Origin: a bacterium
Lineage (GTDB): Bacteria > Patescibacteriota > Minisyncoccia > Phycocordibacterales > Zambryskibacteraceae
Direction: 5' to 3'
Length of the DNA: 64,000 bases
Assembly (NCBI GenBank): GCA_023266935.1
Contig: JAHFOF010000002.1
Span: forward strand, 4,469-68,468
The notes beneath the pieces were generated by a model that saw only the letters and a list, made by a program, of their open reading frames with translations, had not been told where the DNA came from and ran no database searches. Position 1 is the first letter of the stretch, and the number at the start of each line of letters is the position of its first letter. Shown here piece after piece: positions 1 to 10,400 of this stretch. Made by a program: the position numbers and the translations under genes.

Positions 1-110
1 AAGGCGTTCTATGCACTCAAGTGGTGTTTCCCCAAGATTTTTATAAAGCTTTAGAATTTCGCCCTTTTCAGTCATTTTATTCATATTACACGAAATGCTA
101 TACTTTTCTC

Positions 111-911
111 ATGTCAAAACTTGATACCGCTCCATACAAGGGCGTCCGTGATTTTTATCCGGAGGATATGAAGATTGAGAATTATATCTTCAACACATGG
201 CGCGAAGTTGCCAAAGAATTTAATTATCAGGAATACAACGCATCTCCACTCGAATTAACTGAGATTTACACAGAAAAGAGCGGTAATGAGATTGTGAACG
301 AACAAACATTTACCTTTATTGATCGTGGCGGACGCTCAGTAACTCTCCGGCCAGAAATGACACCGACACTAGCACGAATGATAGCAGCCAAGAGAAGATC
401 TCTTGTATTTCCATTACGTTGGTATTCAATACCAAATCTTTTTCGCTACGAAAGACCTCAGAAAGGCAGGAGGCGTGAACACTATCAACTCAATTGTGAC
501 CTAATTGGAATTGATAATAATACTGAAGAAAATGATGCAGAAATAATCCGAATTGCTCACAAAATCATGCATAAATTTGGTGCCGAAAATAAAGATTTCG
601 AAGTCCGACTCAATTACCCGAACGGCTCTCCGGATGATTTAAAAAGCTTAATTGAACGATTAGAAAAAGATGGAATCACTAATACTAAGATTGATGAGAC
701 TCTCGCTCGAGGACAAGCTTACTACACAGGAATAGTGTTTGAAATTTTTGATACCGATGCAAAAAATCCGAGAGCTATCGCGGGTGGAGGAAGATATGAT
801 AATCTCTTGGAAATTTTCGGGGTCGAGTCAATACCGATGGTAGGATTTGGGATGGGGGATGTCACTATCCGAGATTTCCTCGAAGCACACAAGTTGGGTC
901 CGTATGCGTAA
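111..911 (+). CDS. hisS: Histidyl-tRNA synthetase, short form lacking the C-terminal anticodon-binding domain
   Basis: KGVRDFYP, LRPEMTP, FRYERPQKGRRREHYQ and GGGRYD motifs; ATG at 111 is preceded by TGcTATACT. Confidence 0.85.
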   Translation: MSKLDTAPYKGVRDFYPEDMKIENYIFNTWREVAKEFNYQEYNASPLELTEIYTEKSGNEIVNEQTFTFIDRGGRSVTLRPEMTPTLARMIAAKRRSLVFPLRWYSIPNLFRYERPQKGRRREHYQLNCDLIGIDNNTEENDAEIIRIAHKIMHKFGAENKDFEVRLNYPNGSPDDLKSLIERLEKDGITNTKIDETLARGQAYYTGIVFEIFDTDAKNPRAIAGGGRYDNLLEIFGVESIPMVGFGMGDVTIRDFLEAHKLGPYA

Positions 912-1479
912 AATCACTTTCGACATAGAGACTAGAAATTTCTTTTCTGACGTGGGCAAGAATGACCCTACCTTATTGGATATTTCTATTGTAGCTATCC
1001 ATGATTCAGAAACAGATACTTATTCTTCGTTTCTTCAAGATGAGTTGCATAAACTTTGGCCAATCATCGAACGAGCAGATATGCTCATCGGATTTAATTC
1101 TGATCACTTTGATATCCCTCTGTTGAACAAATATTACCCCGGTGATTTAACCAAAATAAAAAGCTTAGATATTTTGAAAGAAATTCACACCTCATTTGGA
1201 CGCAGAATGAAATTAGACCAACTAGCCGAAGGCACCTTGGGTAAAAATAAAATCGGACACGGCGCAGATGCGACGAACTGGTGGAAAAATGGTGAAATAG
1301 AAAAAATTCGAGAATATTGCATCGACGATGTCCGAATCACTAAAGAAATTTATGATTATGCAATTCTGAACCAAAAGCTAATTTTTAAAGAAGGTGGAAA
1401 CTTAAATGAAGTGAAACTCGATACGGGTAAATGGGAAGAACCCAACGAACACAAATTAACTTTCACCCTGCCGTTTTAG
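904..1479 (+). CDS. RNase H-like (DEDD, YprB/RNase_H_2-type) exonuclease
   Basis: TFDIET, GFNSDHFDIP and YCIDDV motifs; ATG at 904 overlaps the hisS stop. Confidence 0.8.
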   Translation: MRKITFDIETRNFFSDVGKNDPTLLDISIVAIHDSETDTYSSFLQDELHKLWPIIERADMLIGFNSDHFDIPLLNKYYPGDLTKIKSLDILKEIHTSFGRRMKLDQLAEGTLGKNKIGHGADATNWWKNGEIEKIREYCIDDVRITKEIYDYAILNQKLIFKEGGNLNEVKLDTGKWEEPNEHKLTFTLPF

Positions 1480-1493
1480 GTTATAATATACAT

Positions 1494-1961
1494 ATGAATG
1501 CCCTACTTATTTTTGGAGCGAAATATTTGTTCGTTTTTTCTATTTTGATTGGATTAATTTATTTTATCAATGTTCCAAATTTGCTAAAGATGAGAGCTCT
1601 GATTTTTAGTTTATTTTCACTGGCTCTAACCTTGCTTCTTGGCAAATTAGCTTCGTACTTTTTCTACAGTCCCAGACCATTTGTTTCTGAACACATCACT
1701 CCATTAATCCAACATATCGCTGATAACGGATTCCCTTCTGATCATACTCTACTAGTCTCTTCCATCGCGACAATTGTTACTTTCCACAACAAAGAGGTGG
1801 GGTTTCTTTTGTGGCTTATAGCCATTATTGTTGGAGTATCAAGAGTCTATGTCGGAGTTCATCATGTGGTAGATATCATGGGTAGTATCTTTATTGCACT
1901 ATTTGCCACGACTGTTGTCTATATAGTTCAAAAGAAAAGATTGAATGCTATAATTTCATAA
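1494..1961 (+). CDS. PAP2-family membrane phosphatase (undecaprenyl-diphosphatase BcrC-like)
   Basis: PRPF, FPSDH and SRVYVGVHH motifs; hydrophobic segments. Confidence 0.85.
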   Translation: MNALLIFGAKYLFVFSILIGLIYFINVPNLLKMRALIFSLFSLALTLLLGKLASYFFYSPRPFVSEHITPLIQHIADNGFPSDHTLLVSSIATIVTFHNKEVGFLLWLIAIIVGVSRVYVGVHHVVDIMGSIFIALFATTVVYIVQKKRLNAIIS

Positions 1962-1978
1962 CTACTAAATTTAAATAT

Positions 1979-2683
1979 ATGGACAGCACAAATAACACTC
2001 AAAACAATAACCAGCTTATCCCTTTGGCTATTATCGTGGCCGGCCTTCTCGTTGCTGGAGCAGTTTATTTTGGTGGCAACAAAGTTTCTGAAAGAAGTTT
2101 GACAGGAACAGAACCGACAACCAACACATCGGGCACTGTCGCTCCTGTGACAGATAAAGACCATATTCTTGGATCAAAAGATACTCAAGTAATAATCGTT
2201 GAATACTCTGATTTTGAATGTCCATTCTGTAAGGTTTTTCACAACACCCTGCACCAAATTTTAGGTATATATGGAGATAAGGTAGCTTGGGTTTATAGGC
2301 AATACCCTATTGCTCAGCTTCATTCTAAGGCAACCAAAGAATCTGAAGCCAGCGAATGTGCTACAGACCAAGGAGGTAACAGTGCTTTCTGGAAATATGC
2401 AGACAAGATTTTTGAAGTCACCACTTCAAACAACACCTTGGATTCAACCCAACTTCCTGCCCTTGCTGGATTAATTGGTTTAGATGTTAACGTTTTCAAT
2501 GGTTGTCTCTCAAGTGGTAAACACACGAGTGAAATTCAAGCAGATATAGTAGCCGCAGGCAAAGCAGGAGCTTTAGGCACACCTTATTCTGTGATATTAG
2601 TGAAAGGTAAAATCGTCGGAACCATAAATGGAGCCCAGCCGTTTGCTCAAATCAAGGCTCAACTCGACGAAGTTATCAAATAA
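1979..2683 (+). CDS. DsbA-family thioredoxin-fold protein
   Basis: N-terminal TM anchor, EYSDFECPFC, GTP cis-Pro motif. Confidence 0.9.
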   Translation: MDSTNNTQNNNQLIPLAIIVAGLLVAGAVYFGGNKVSERSLTGTEPTTNTSGTVAPVTDKDHILGSKDTQVIIVEYSDFECPFCKVFHNTLHQILGIYGDKVAWVYRQYPIAQLHSKATKESEASECATDQGGNSAFWKYADKIFEVTTSNNTLDSTQLPALAGLIGLDVNVFNGCLSSGKHTSEIQADIVAAGKAGALGTPYSVILVKGKIVGTINGAQPFAQIKAQLDEVIK

Positions 2684-2726
2684 TATTGAACTGGCAATAC
2701 AGAGCGGGCCGGAGTAGACTCTTGGT

Positions 2727-4265
2727 ATGAGTTTAACTTTATCTAAAACTGATTTTATTTCATATAGAGAGTGTGCGAAAAATGTCTGGGTCAAATGGCA
2801 CAAACCTGGTATATATAGCAATTTTCCTATTTCTGACTTTGAAAGATCTCTCGGAGAGATGGGAAATGAGGTAGAAAAACTGGCTCAAGGAATGTTTTCT
2901 GAAGGAATCTTGATAAAAGGTAGAGGACCAGAGGCTCAAAGAAAAACAAAAAAAATAATCAAGGAGGAGACACCGGCTATTTTTCAAGCCGTGTTTGAGA
3001 CAACCAAATATCTTGCTGCGACTGATGTTTTAAAGTGGAACAACGAAAATAAATCTTATGATTTGTATGAAATCAAAATGTCCTCAACAGAAGAAAGTGA
3101 CACAAATGGAGAAAAGAAAATAAACAAAAAGAAAGAAGAGCAGTATGAATACGACCTAGCTTTTCAAACCAATGTGGTTGAAAAAAGTGGAATTAAATTA
3201 AATAAAAAATATTTGGTTAGATTGAACAAGGATTATGTCCGCATGGGCGAGCTTGATTTTAATGAAGGTGCTTTGTTTATTATCGAAGATAAAACTGAAA
3301 CCGTAGATAATATCCGCAGTGAAGTAGAAAATGAGATGGAGGATGCCTATGAATATTTATCCAAAGAGAGAGAGCCTGTTGGACCTTGTTCTTGTTTTTA
3401 TAAGGGTCGTTCAGCACATTGCACCACCTTCTCGTACAATAACCAAACGATGAATGTTCCAGAATATAGTGTCCATGATTTGAACAGGATCGGTCAAAGT
3501 AAAAAATACCTCACAGAATTACTCGATTCAGGGATTTTACATATCAAGGATGTACCTATAGACGATCGATTAAAAAACAAAAAACTTAATCAGGTATTGG
3601 TTCATAAATCTGGCAAACCGATAATCAATGGGGAAACTCTCAAAGAAGAATTAGATCAATTAACTTTTCCTCTATATTTTCTCGACTACGAGACATACCC
3701 AACTGCCATTCCTCCATTCAGTGGATATAAGCCGTATCAACATATTGTTTTTCAATATTCTCTTCATGTTTTAGAATCCGCTGATTCTGTGCCCCAACAT
3801 TATGAATGCCTAATTTTGGATGGAGATCCAGCTGAAAGGATTGCCGAGAGTTTGCATAAAAATATTGGTAATAAAGGCAGTCTCATCTCTTGGTATGCAA
3901 CATTTGAAAACTCTAGAAATAAAGAGTTGGGCAGAATGTTACCTCAATACAAAAAGTTTTTTGATGATTTAATCGCCCGAACATATGACCTAATGAAAAT
4001 CGTCGAAGACCAACATTATGTTCACCCAGATTTCCACGGTCGTTCATCCATAAAAAAAGTTTTGCCCGCATTGATAAAAGATTTGTCTTATAAGACCTTA
4101 GAAATACAAAGCGGAACTGAAGCTATAGAGGCCTATAAACAAATCACCACTGGAGAACTCAAAGAAAAAGAAGTAGATAAAAAAAGAAAAGAGATGCTCG
4201 AATATTGCAAACTCGATACAGAAGCAATGCTTCGTTTGTGGAGATTTTTTAAAGGTTTGGTTTAA
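2727..4265 (+). CDS. DUF2779-type protein (N-terminal PD-(D/E)xK-like nuclease region, C-terminal RNase H-like domain)
   Basis: LSKTDF..C start, D..EIK..YDLAFQ, FLDYET, FQYSLH, SIKKVLP and YCKLDT motifs. Confidence 0.75.
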   Translation: MSLTLSKTDFISYRECAKNVWVKWHKPGIYSNFPISDFERSLGEMGNEVEKLAQGMFSEGILIKGRGPEAQRKTKKIIKEETPAIFQAVFETTKYLAATDVLKWNNENKSYDLYEIKMSSTEESDTNGEKKINKKKEEQYEYDLAFQTNVVEKSGIKLNKKYLVRLNKDYVRMGELDFNEGALFIIEDKTETVDNIRSEVENEMEDAYEYLSKEREPVGPCSCFYKGRSAHCTTFSYNNQTMNVPEYSVHDLNRIGQSKKYLTELLDSGILHIKDVPIDDRLKNKKLNQVLVHKSGKPIINGETLKEELDQLTFPLYFLDYETYPTAIPPFSGYKPYQHIVFQYSLHVLESADSVPQHYECLILDGDPAERIAESLHKNIGNKGSLISWYATFENSRNKELGRMLPQYKKFFDDLIARTYDLMKIVEDQHYVHPDFHGRSSIKKVLPALIKDLSYKTLEIQSGTEAIEAYKQITTGELKEKEVDKKRKEMLEYCKLDTEAMLRLWRFFKGLV

Positions 4266-4268
4266 CTC

Positions 4269-4297
4269 TTGACTTTATTATCTTATTATGCTAATAT
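4269..4297 (+). promoter_or_regulatory. Sigma70-type promoter for a small orphan gene
   Basis: TTGACT-17 bp-TAATAT with extended TG. Confidence 0.6.
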
Positions 4298-4341
4298 ATA
4301 AGTAGTCAAACACACTGTCTTTCTTCTTCAGGAGAACACTG

Positions 4342-4521
4342 ATGTGGCACTGGATCTTTACCCATCTGACGTATCACCAGTTCGTGTTTGTTTGCGTTTA
4401 CCTCGTGGTCATGACGTTCGTGCTTAGGCACAAGATGCTCGCTGATCGACGACTCCGGATGCTGGGCGAGGTGCCTCGCGAGATTGGTGAGGTTTTTCAT
4501 TGGGACGATCACAGAGCGTAG
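4342..4521 (+). CDS. 59-aa orphan small membrane protein (MWHWIFTHLTYHQFVFVCVYLVVMTFVLRHK...), not in the ORF track
   Basis: AGGAG SD at 4330-4334, upstream promoter, downstream hairpin, one hydrophobic segment. Confidence 0.6.
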   Translation: MWHWIFTHLTYHQFVFVCVYLVVMTFVLRHKMLADRRLRMLGEVPREIGEVFHWDDHRA

Positions 4522-4538
4522 TCCCAAGCTCGAAGACA

Positions 4539-4571
4539 AAAAGGGCGGGTCCAAACAGATCCGCCCTTTCT
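4539..4571. terminator. Probably bidirectional intrinsic terminator between the orphan gene and rpoD
   Basis: AAAAGGGCGGgTC caaaca GATCCGCCCTTT hairpin. Confidence 0.7.
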
Positions 4572-4578
4572 TCTATTT

Positions 4579-5808
4579 TTAATATCCTCTCAACCTATTT
4601 ATTTTGTCGTGTTGACGAATTTTTTCATGAGCTTTAGCTTCGATTTGTCTAATACGTTCTCGAGTGACACCAAAAACTTTACCCACTTCTTCGAGGGTGT
4701 GAGTATATCCATCTGTCAATCCGTGTCTCATTTCTAGAATTTTTCTTTCTTTCGGAGGAAGGTCATTTAAGATTTCTTTCACTTGATCTTGAATAATCCG
4801 ACGCGATGATTCCATGTCTGGAGAAATAATTTTATCATCTGCGAGGAAATCCCCAAGTTTGGATTTTCCATCATCTCCATCATCTCCCACGGGGCTTTCG
4901 AGCGACACAGTCGATTGGTCTATCTTTTCAATTTGATACACTTTCTCAACATCAAGGTTCATTTCAAGCGCTACTTCTTCAGCCAAAGGTTCCCGACCGA
5001 GGTCTTGGGTTAACCTGCGCACAACTTGTTTATATTTAGCAATCGTTTCTACCATGTGCACTGGTACACGAATCGTTCGAGATTGATCCGCGAGAGCACG
5101 AGTAATGGCTTGCCTTATCCACCATGTGGCATAAGTAGAAAATTTGTAACCCTTGGTCCAATCAAACTTATCGACTGCCTTAAACAACCCAAGATTCCCT
5201 TCTTGGATAAGATCGAGGAGAGTAAGATCTGGACTTCGATTCGCATATTTCTTGGCTATAGAAACTACCAAACGCAAGTTCGCCTTGGCCAATAGATTTT
5301 TCGCTTCTTCATCACCTTGTTCAATTCTTTTGGCTAATTCTTTCTCCATAGAACCTGGGATAAGTGGGTATTGCCCGATTTCTTTCAAATACATCTGAAT
5401 AGAATCATAAGCCGAGTCAGATTTGTTATATGAATACTTTTTACCAGTTTCTTCAACAGGCATTTCAAGTAATCCCCCTCCCTCGAGGATATCTATCCCC
5501 AGAGCATTCAAACGTTCATACAACTCATCCAAAAAGATGATGTTGAGCTCAATATTCGGAAATTCTTTTAAAATTTCATCATAAGTAACAAAACCTTTAT
5601 CCTTGCCTCTTTTAACCAAACGTTCAACTTTAATCAGTTCGTCTGTGGATTTTTTAGTAACTTTGGCTCTGATTGGTTTAATTATTTTCTTAGAAACTTT
5701 TTTATTTATCTTTTTTGAAACCTTCTTTCTTGAAACGGGCTTTCTCTTGGCTACTTTTTTAGAGTTGGCCTTGTGCCCTTTATTTTTTTGTTTTTTAGTT
5801 TTCTTCAT
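4579..5808 (-). CDS. rpoD: RNA polymerase primary sigma factor with Lys-rich N-terminal extension
   Basis: [38 protein letters not shown] and TRERIRQIE motifs. Confidence 0.97.
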   Translation of the reverse strand: MKKTKKQKNKGHKANSKKVAKRKPVSRKKVSKKINKKVSKKIIKPIRAKVTKKSTDELIKVERLVKRGKDKGFVTYDEILKEFPNIELNIIFLDELYERLNALGIDILEGGGLLEMPVEETGKKYSYNKSDSAYDSIQMYLKEIGQYPLIPGSMEKELAKRIEQGDEEAKNLLAKANLRLVVSIAKKYANRSPDLTLLDLIQEGNLGLFKAVDKFDWTKGYKFSTYATWWIRQAITRALADQSRTIRVPVHMVETIAKYKQVVRRLTQDLGREPLAEEVALEMNLDVEKVYQIEKIDQSTVSLESPVGDDGDDGKSKLGDFLADDKIISPDMESSRRIIQDQVKEILNDLPPKERKILEMRHGLTDGYTHTLEEVGKVFGVTRERIRQIEAKAHEKIRQHDKINRLRGY

Positions 5809-5841
5809 TAAGTTTACTTGTGGTGAGTTTATCGGACCATC

Positions 5842-7467
5842 TTACACTATTTTTCTTTTCTCTTCATCTATCTTCTGACTCAGAGCATGAATTTTCTGCA
5901 CAAGCTCCTCGATTTCGTTCGGCCCTCGAGCGAGCTCTGCCTGCAAACCGGACCGTTCTTCTTCAAGAATAGTAATGGTCAAACGTTGTTTGAGTTCAAC
6001 TTCTTCTTTTTGAGAAATTTCAAATTCTTTGGTCGATTCGTCTACCTGACCTTTCCAAAAACTGATTTCTTCCAATCTTTCTTCGATTTGTTCCCGACGA
6101 GTATGAACCTTATCTTTTTTTTCTTCTTGAATATCTTCAGTTTGCTGAACGTTTTTTATTTGAAGAATATCTGGAATTTTTGATTTTCTCAAATCATCCC
6201 AAATAATTTCTTCTTTTAATCCTGATTTTTTGGATATAAGAGAAACAAAGTGAGAGCGTTCTATAGAACTTTCCAATAAAGTAAGCAATGGCAAAACTTT
6301 TGCATTTATGGCTTTACCTAATTTTCTATCATCCTTCTCGTTTTTAATTATTTTATTAAGAACAAATTCAATACTGTGGGTGGATTTTCGAAGTACTTCT
6401 TTCCATTCTTCTGGGTCTTTTTTGGACAAATCTGCTGGGTCTCTTCCTTCGGGAAGTTCAGCAATCTTAACCTCCATACCCAAAGAAAGACCTAAAATAG
6501 AGCTTTTTTCAGCTGCTTTTTCCCCCGCCAGATCTCCATCAAACGCCAGAATCAGCCTAGGAGAAAGTCTTTTTAATCTTTCCAAATGAGTTTGAGTAAA
6601 GGCTGTGCCAGACGAAGCTACAACATTTTTCACACCGACCTGATGAGAAAGGACCAAATCTAATTGTCCTTCAACCAAAACAGAATAATTTTTCTTTCGA
6701 ATTTCATCCTTGGCTTTGTCTAGCCCATACAACACTTCACTTTTTATAAACAAACTTGTTTCTGGAGTATTTAGATATTTTGGTTCTGTATCTTTTTCCA
6801 ACGCTCGTCCAGAAAAGGCAATCACCTTACTGTTTACATCAAAGATAGGGAAAATAATTCGACCTCTGAAAACATCATATGGTGTTCCTTCTCCAGAGAT
6901 TTGTGGATTTTCTTTTTCTTCTTTTTGTGGTTGTTTTATTAACCCCGCCTTTAACAAAACCTCCTTGGAATAACCCACTGCACTCAGATGAGAAAAAATA
7001 GAGCGCCATTCTGATGGAGCGAAACCGAGTCTCCATAATTTAATGGAGTCTTTAGAAACCCCTCGAGATTCTAAATATTTTAAGGCTTCAGTATTTTTCT
7101 CTAATTCAGATTGGAAGAAAATGGTGGCATCTTCGAGAGCATTGTAGAATTTATCTTTTTCAGATTTTGATTCTCCTCTATTAGAATATTCTAATTCTAC
7201 ACCTGCTCGTTCGGCTAAAGTTTTTAATGCTCCTTTAAAATCAACTCCCTCCATCTCTTCGACAATACTAAAAATATCTCCTTTCGCCCCGCAACCAAAA
7301 CAGTAATAACTTTGCCTTGAAGGCGACACGAAAAAGGATGGAGTTTTTTCATTGTGGAACGGACATTTACCTTTGAAGTTCTGGCCCGCTTTTTCGAGTT
7401 TGAGGTATGAGCTTACAACTTCAACGATATCTAGTCGTTCTTTGATTGAATCGACTGTGCTTCGCAT
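5842..7467 (-). CDS. dnaG: DNA primase
   Basis: CPFHNEKTPSF..CFGC zinc finger, KYLNTPET, TOPRIM VEG/FDGD. Confidence 0.97.
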   Translation of the reverse strand: MRSTVDSIKERLDIVEVVSSYLKLEKAGQNFKGKCPFHNEKTPSFFVSPSRQSYYCFGCGAKGDIFSIVEEMEGVDFKGALKTLAERAGVELEYSNRGESKSEKDKFYNALEDATIFFQSELEKNTEALKYLESRGVSKDSIKLWRLGFAPSEWRSIFSHLSAVGYSKEVLLKAGLIKQPQKEEKENPQISGEGTPYDVFRGRIIFPIFDVNSKVIAFSGRALEKDTEPKYLNTPETSLFIKSEVLYGLDKAKDEIRKKNYSVLVEGQLDLVLSHQVGVKNVVASSGTAFTQTHLERLKRLSPRLILAFDGDLAGEKAAEKSSILGLSLGMEVKIAELPEGRDPADLSKKDPEEWKEVLRKSTHSIEFVLNKIIKNEKDDRKLGKAINAKVLPLLTLLESSIERSHFVSLISKKSGLKEEIIWDDLRKSKIPDILQIKNVQQTEDIQEEKKDKVHTRREQIEERLEEISFWKGQVDESTKEFEISQKEEVELKQRLTITILEEERSGLQAELARGPNEIEELVQKIHALSQKIDEEKRKIV

Positions 7468-10400
7468 ATAAGTTTTTCTTTATACCCACCTTTGAAGCCG
7501 GTTCCCGCAGGAATCATGCGCCCGATAATAACATTTTCTTTGAGTCCTAGTAATTCATCTTCAGCGCCTCGTATAGCCGCTTGGATAAGAACACGGGGAG
7601 TATGCTGGAACGAAGCTGCTGAAAGGAATGACGAACGAGAAAGAGAAACTTCAGAAATACCCATGATAACCGCTTCAGCTTTCGCTTCTTCCTTGTCATT
7701 CTCTCTGGCTTTGTTGTTCACATCTACAAAATCTGAAACTTCGACAATATCCCCTCGGGTGAACATCGTGCTTCCGGCTTCTCGAATCTTTCTTCGAGAA
7801 AACATCTGACGAACAATCAATTCAATGTGTTTGTGAGATACGGCTGCGCCTTGAAGTTCATAGAGCTTAGAAACTTCGTGAATAATATAGTTCTCTGCTT
7901 TTTCTCGACCCGCATATCTGAACAATTCATCTAAGTCTGCTGAGCCATCAGTCAAGAATTCTCCCTTTTTCACAGTATCTCCCATTTTAACCAAAATTGT
8001 TCTATTTGGACCGATAGAATATTCGTTATCAAGCTTTTTCGCCTTAGTTTCTCCTAATTCTGGAGTAAGAATAATGGTACGATCTGTTCCTTCAATTCTT
8101 ATTTCACTCACTAGACCATCGAGATGAGAGATGGTCGCTGGATTCTTTGGTTTTCTCTTCTCAAAGATTTCTTCAACACGAGGAAGACCCTGGGTAATGT
8201 CTCCGGCAGCAGAAGCCACTCCTCCAGCATGGAATGTTCGCATCGTGAGTTGTGTCCCTGGTTCACCGATGGCTTGAGCAGCCACGGTTCCAACCGCTTC
8301 ACCAAGTTCAACAATTTTGTTTGTACCCAAATCCGCACCATAACACTTCACACAGACTCCATGGAGTGATTTACAGGTCATCGGTGAGCGAACCTCAACA
8401 CTTTCGATGTTAGCGTTCTCAATGATAACGGCATCATTTTTTGTGACAAAATGTCCTTTCTTAAACAGAATTTCGCCCTTTGCATCTGTGACGTCTTTGG
8501 CCAAAAAGCGACCTTTAATAGTTTTGGATAAAGGTATTTCGATTCCCGATGCTGTTTTCTTGGAGATGATTGTGCTCTCTTTAGTACCACAATCATCTTC
8601 GCTCACAATTTCATCTTGAGCCACATCGAAGAGACGACGAGTAAGATAACCCGCCTTCGCTGTGTTGAGAGCTGTATCAGTTAAACCCTTTCTAGAACCG
8701 TGAGTAGTAATGAAGTATTCGAGAGGAGTAAGACCTTCTTTGTAACAAGAAAGGATTGGGAATTCGAGAGATTCTCCAGCCACATTTTGAATAATACCGA
8801 TCATGCCAGCCATCTGGTTTATTTGACCAAGAGATCCTCTGGCTCCAGAACGAATAAGATCATGAACAGACCCTTTGTCTCCTAGAGTATCCGGAAGAAG
8901 AGCTTCAATTTCACCTCTGACTGATTGCCATTTTTCAACTGTTTTTTGAATTCTTTCTTGTTCAGTTAGAAGACCTCCATCGTATTGGTCTACAACCTTT
9001 AGAACGTCTTCCCTTCCACCTTGAATCAAAGCTTCCTTAGCACTAGGAATCTTTACATCAGTTAGACTCCAGGTTGTTCCGGAGCGAGTAGCATATTTGA
9101 ATCCGAAAGCCTTAATCTTGTCTATGATTGAAGGAATTTTTTCAAGACTATAGTGTTCGATAAGATCATCGATTAAACTACCCATCTTTTTGCTATTCAT
9201 CTCATAGTTTTGGAATGGATAATCTTTTGGAAGAACAGAGTTGAAGAGTAATCGACCGACTGAGGTCTCAAACAATTTTCCATCGAAAGCTTTATACTTT
9301 GGAGTATCTGTTGGAAGAACTTGAATCTTCGCTCTCAAACTCAAAGCATCGAAATCAGTAGCAAGTATCGCGCTATTCGGAGAAGAGAAATATTTTCCTT
9401 CCCCCTTCTCACCATTCACGATTCGAGTAGCCCAATAACTTCCTAAAACCAAATCCAGTTTATCAATAGAAAGGACGAGGTTCCCATTTCCAGGTTTTAG
9501 AATGTTTTTATCTGCAGCCATGATAAAACGTGCTTCGGCTTGGGCAGCGTCTGATAGAGGTACGTGGACAGCCATTTGGTCTCCGTCGAAATCGGCATTG
9601 AATGCGGTACATACAAGTGGATGAAGTTGGATAGCATTTCCTTCAATCAACGTTGGTTGGAAAGCTTGAATACCCAAACGGTGGAGGGTGGGTGCGCGGT
9701 TGAGAAGAACGTACTTACCAGCAATAATGGTTTCAAGGATTGACCAAACTTCTGGGATAGCATCTTCAATTAATCTTCGAGCACCTGGGATGTTATAAGC
9801 TAATTCTCTCTTCAAAAGTTCTGAAATAATAAACGGTTTGAAGAGTTCAAGGGCCATGTGTTTGGGTAAACCACACTGATGAAGTTTAAGTTCTGGACCA
9901 ACAACGATTACCGATCGTCCAGAATAATCCACGCGTTTCCCTAAGAGATTTTGTCTAAACAATCCTCTTTTGCCCTTGAGATTATCCGAAAGTGATTTAA
10001 GCGGCCGACGTTGTGATTGGCTTCCAGCAGCTGTACCGTGTCGAATAGTATTGTCGATGAGAGCATCTACTGCTTCCTGTAAAATTCTCTTTTCGTTGCG
10101 CAAAATAACGTCTGGAGCTGAAATTTCTTTAAGCTTTTTTAGACGATTATTTCTGTTTATCACACGACGATATAAATCGTTTACATCTGAAGTAGCATAT
10201 CGACCACCATCGAGAGGAACCATGGGACGAATCGCTGGTGGAATAACTGGAATACGAGTCAAGAACATCCATTCTGGTCTGATATTAGCGAGCCTCATCC
10301 ATTGGATGGTACTAATTCGCTTATTGAGTCTAGAAATTTCTGTTGAAGGAGCTGTCTCGAGTTGAATTTCAAGTTCTTTCTGGAGTTTAACTAAATCCAC

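Noticed and set aside
4306-4554. 82-aa minus-strand ORF from the track
   Set aside because: The plus-strand ORF 4342-4521 has a promoter, SD and terminator and is the better call
5700-5808. Lys-rich low-complexity stretch as a separate repeat element
   Set aside because: It is simply the basic N-terminal extension of RpoD
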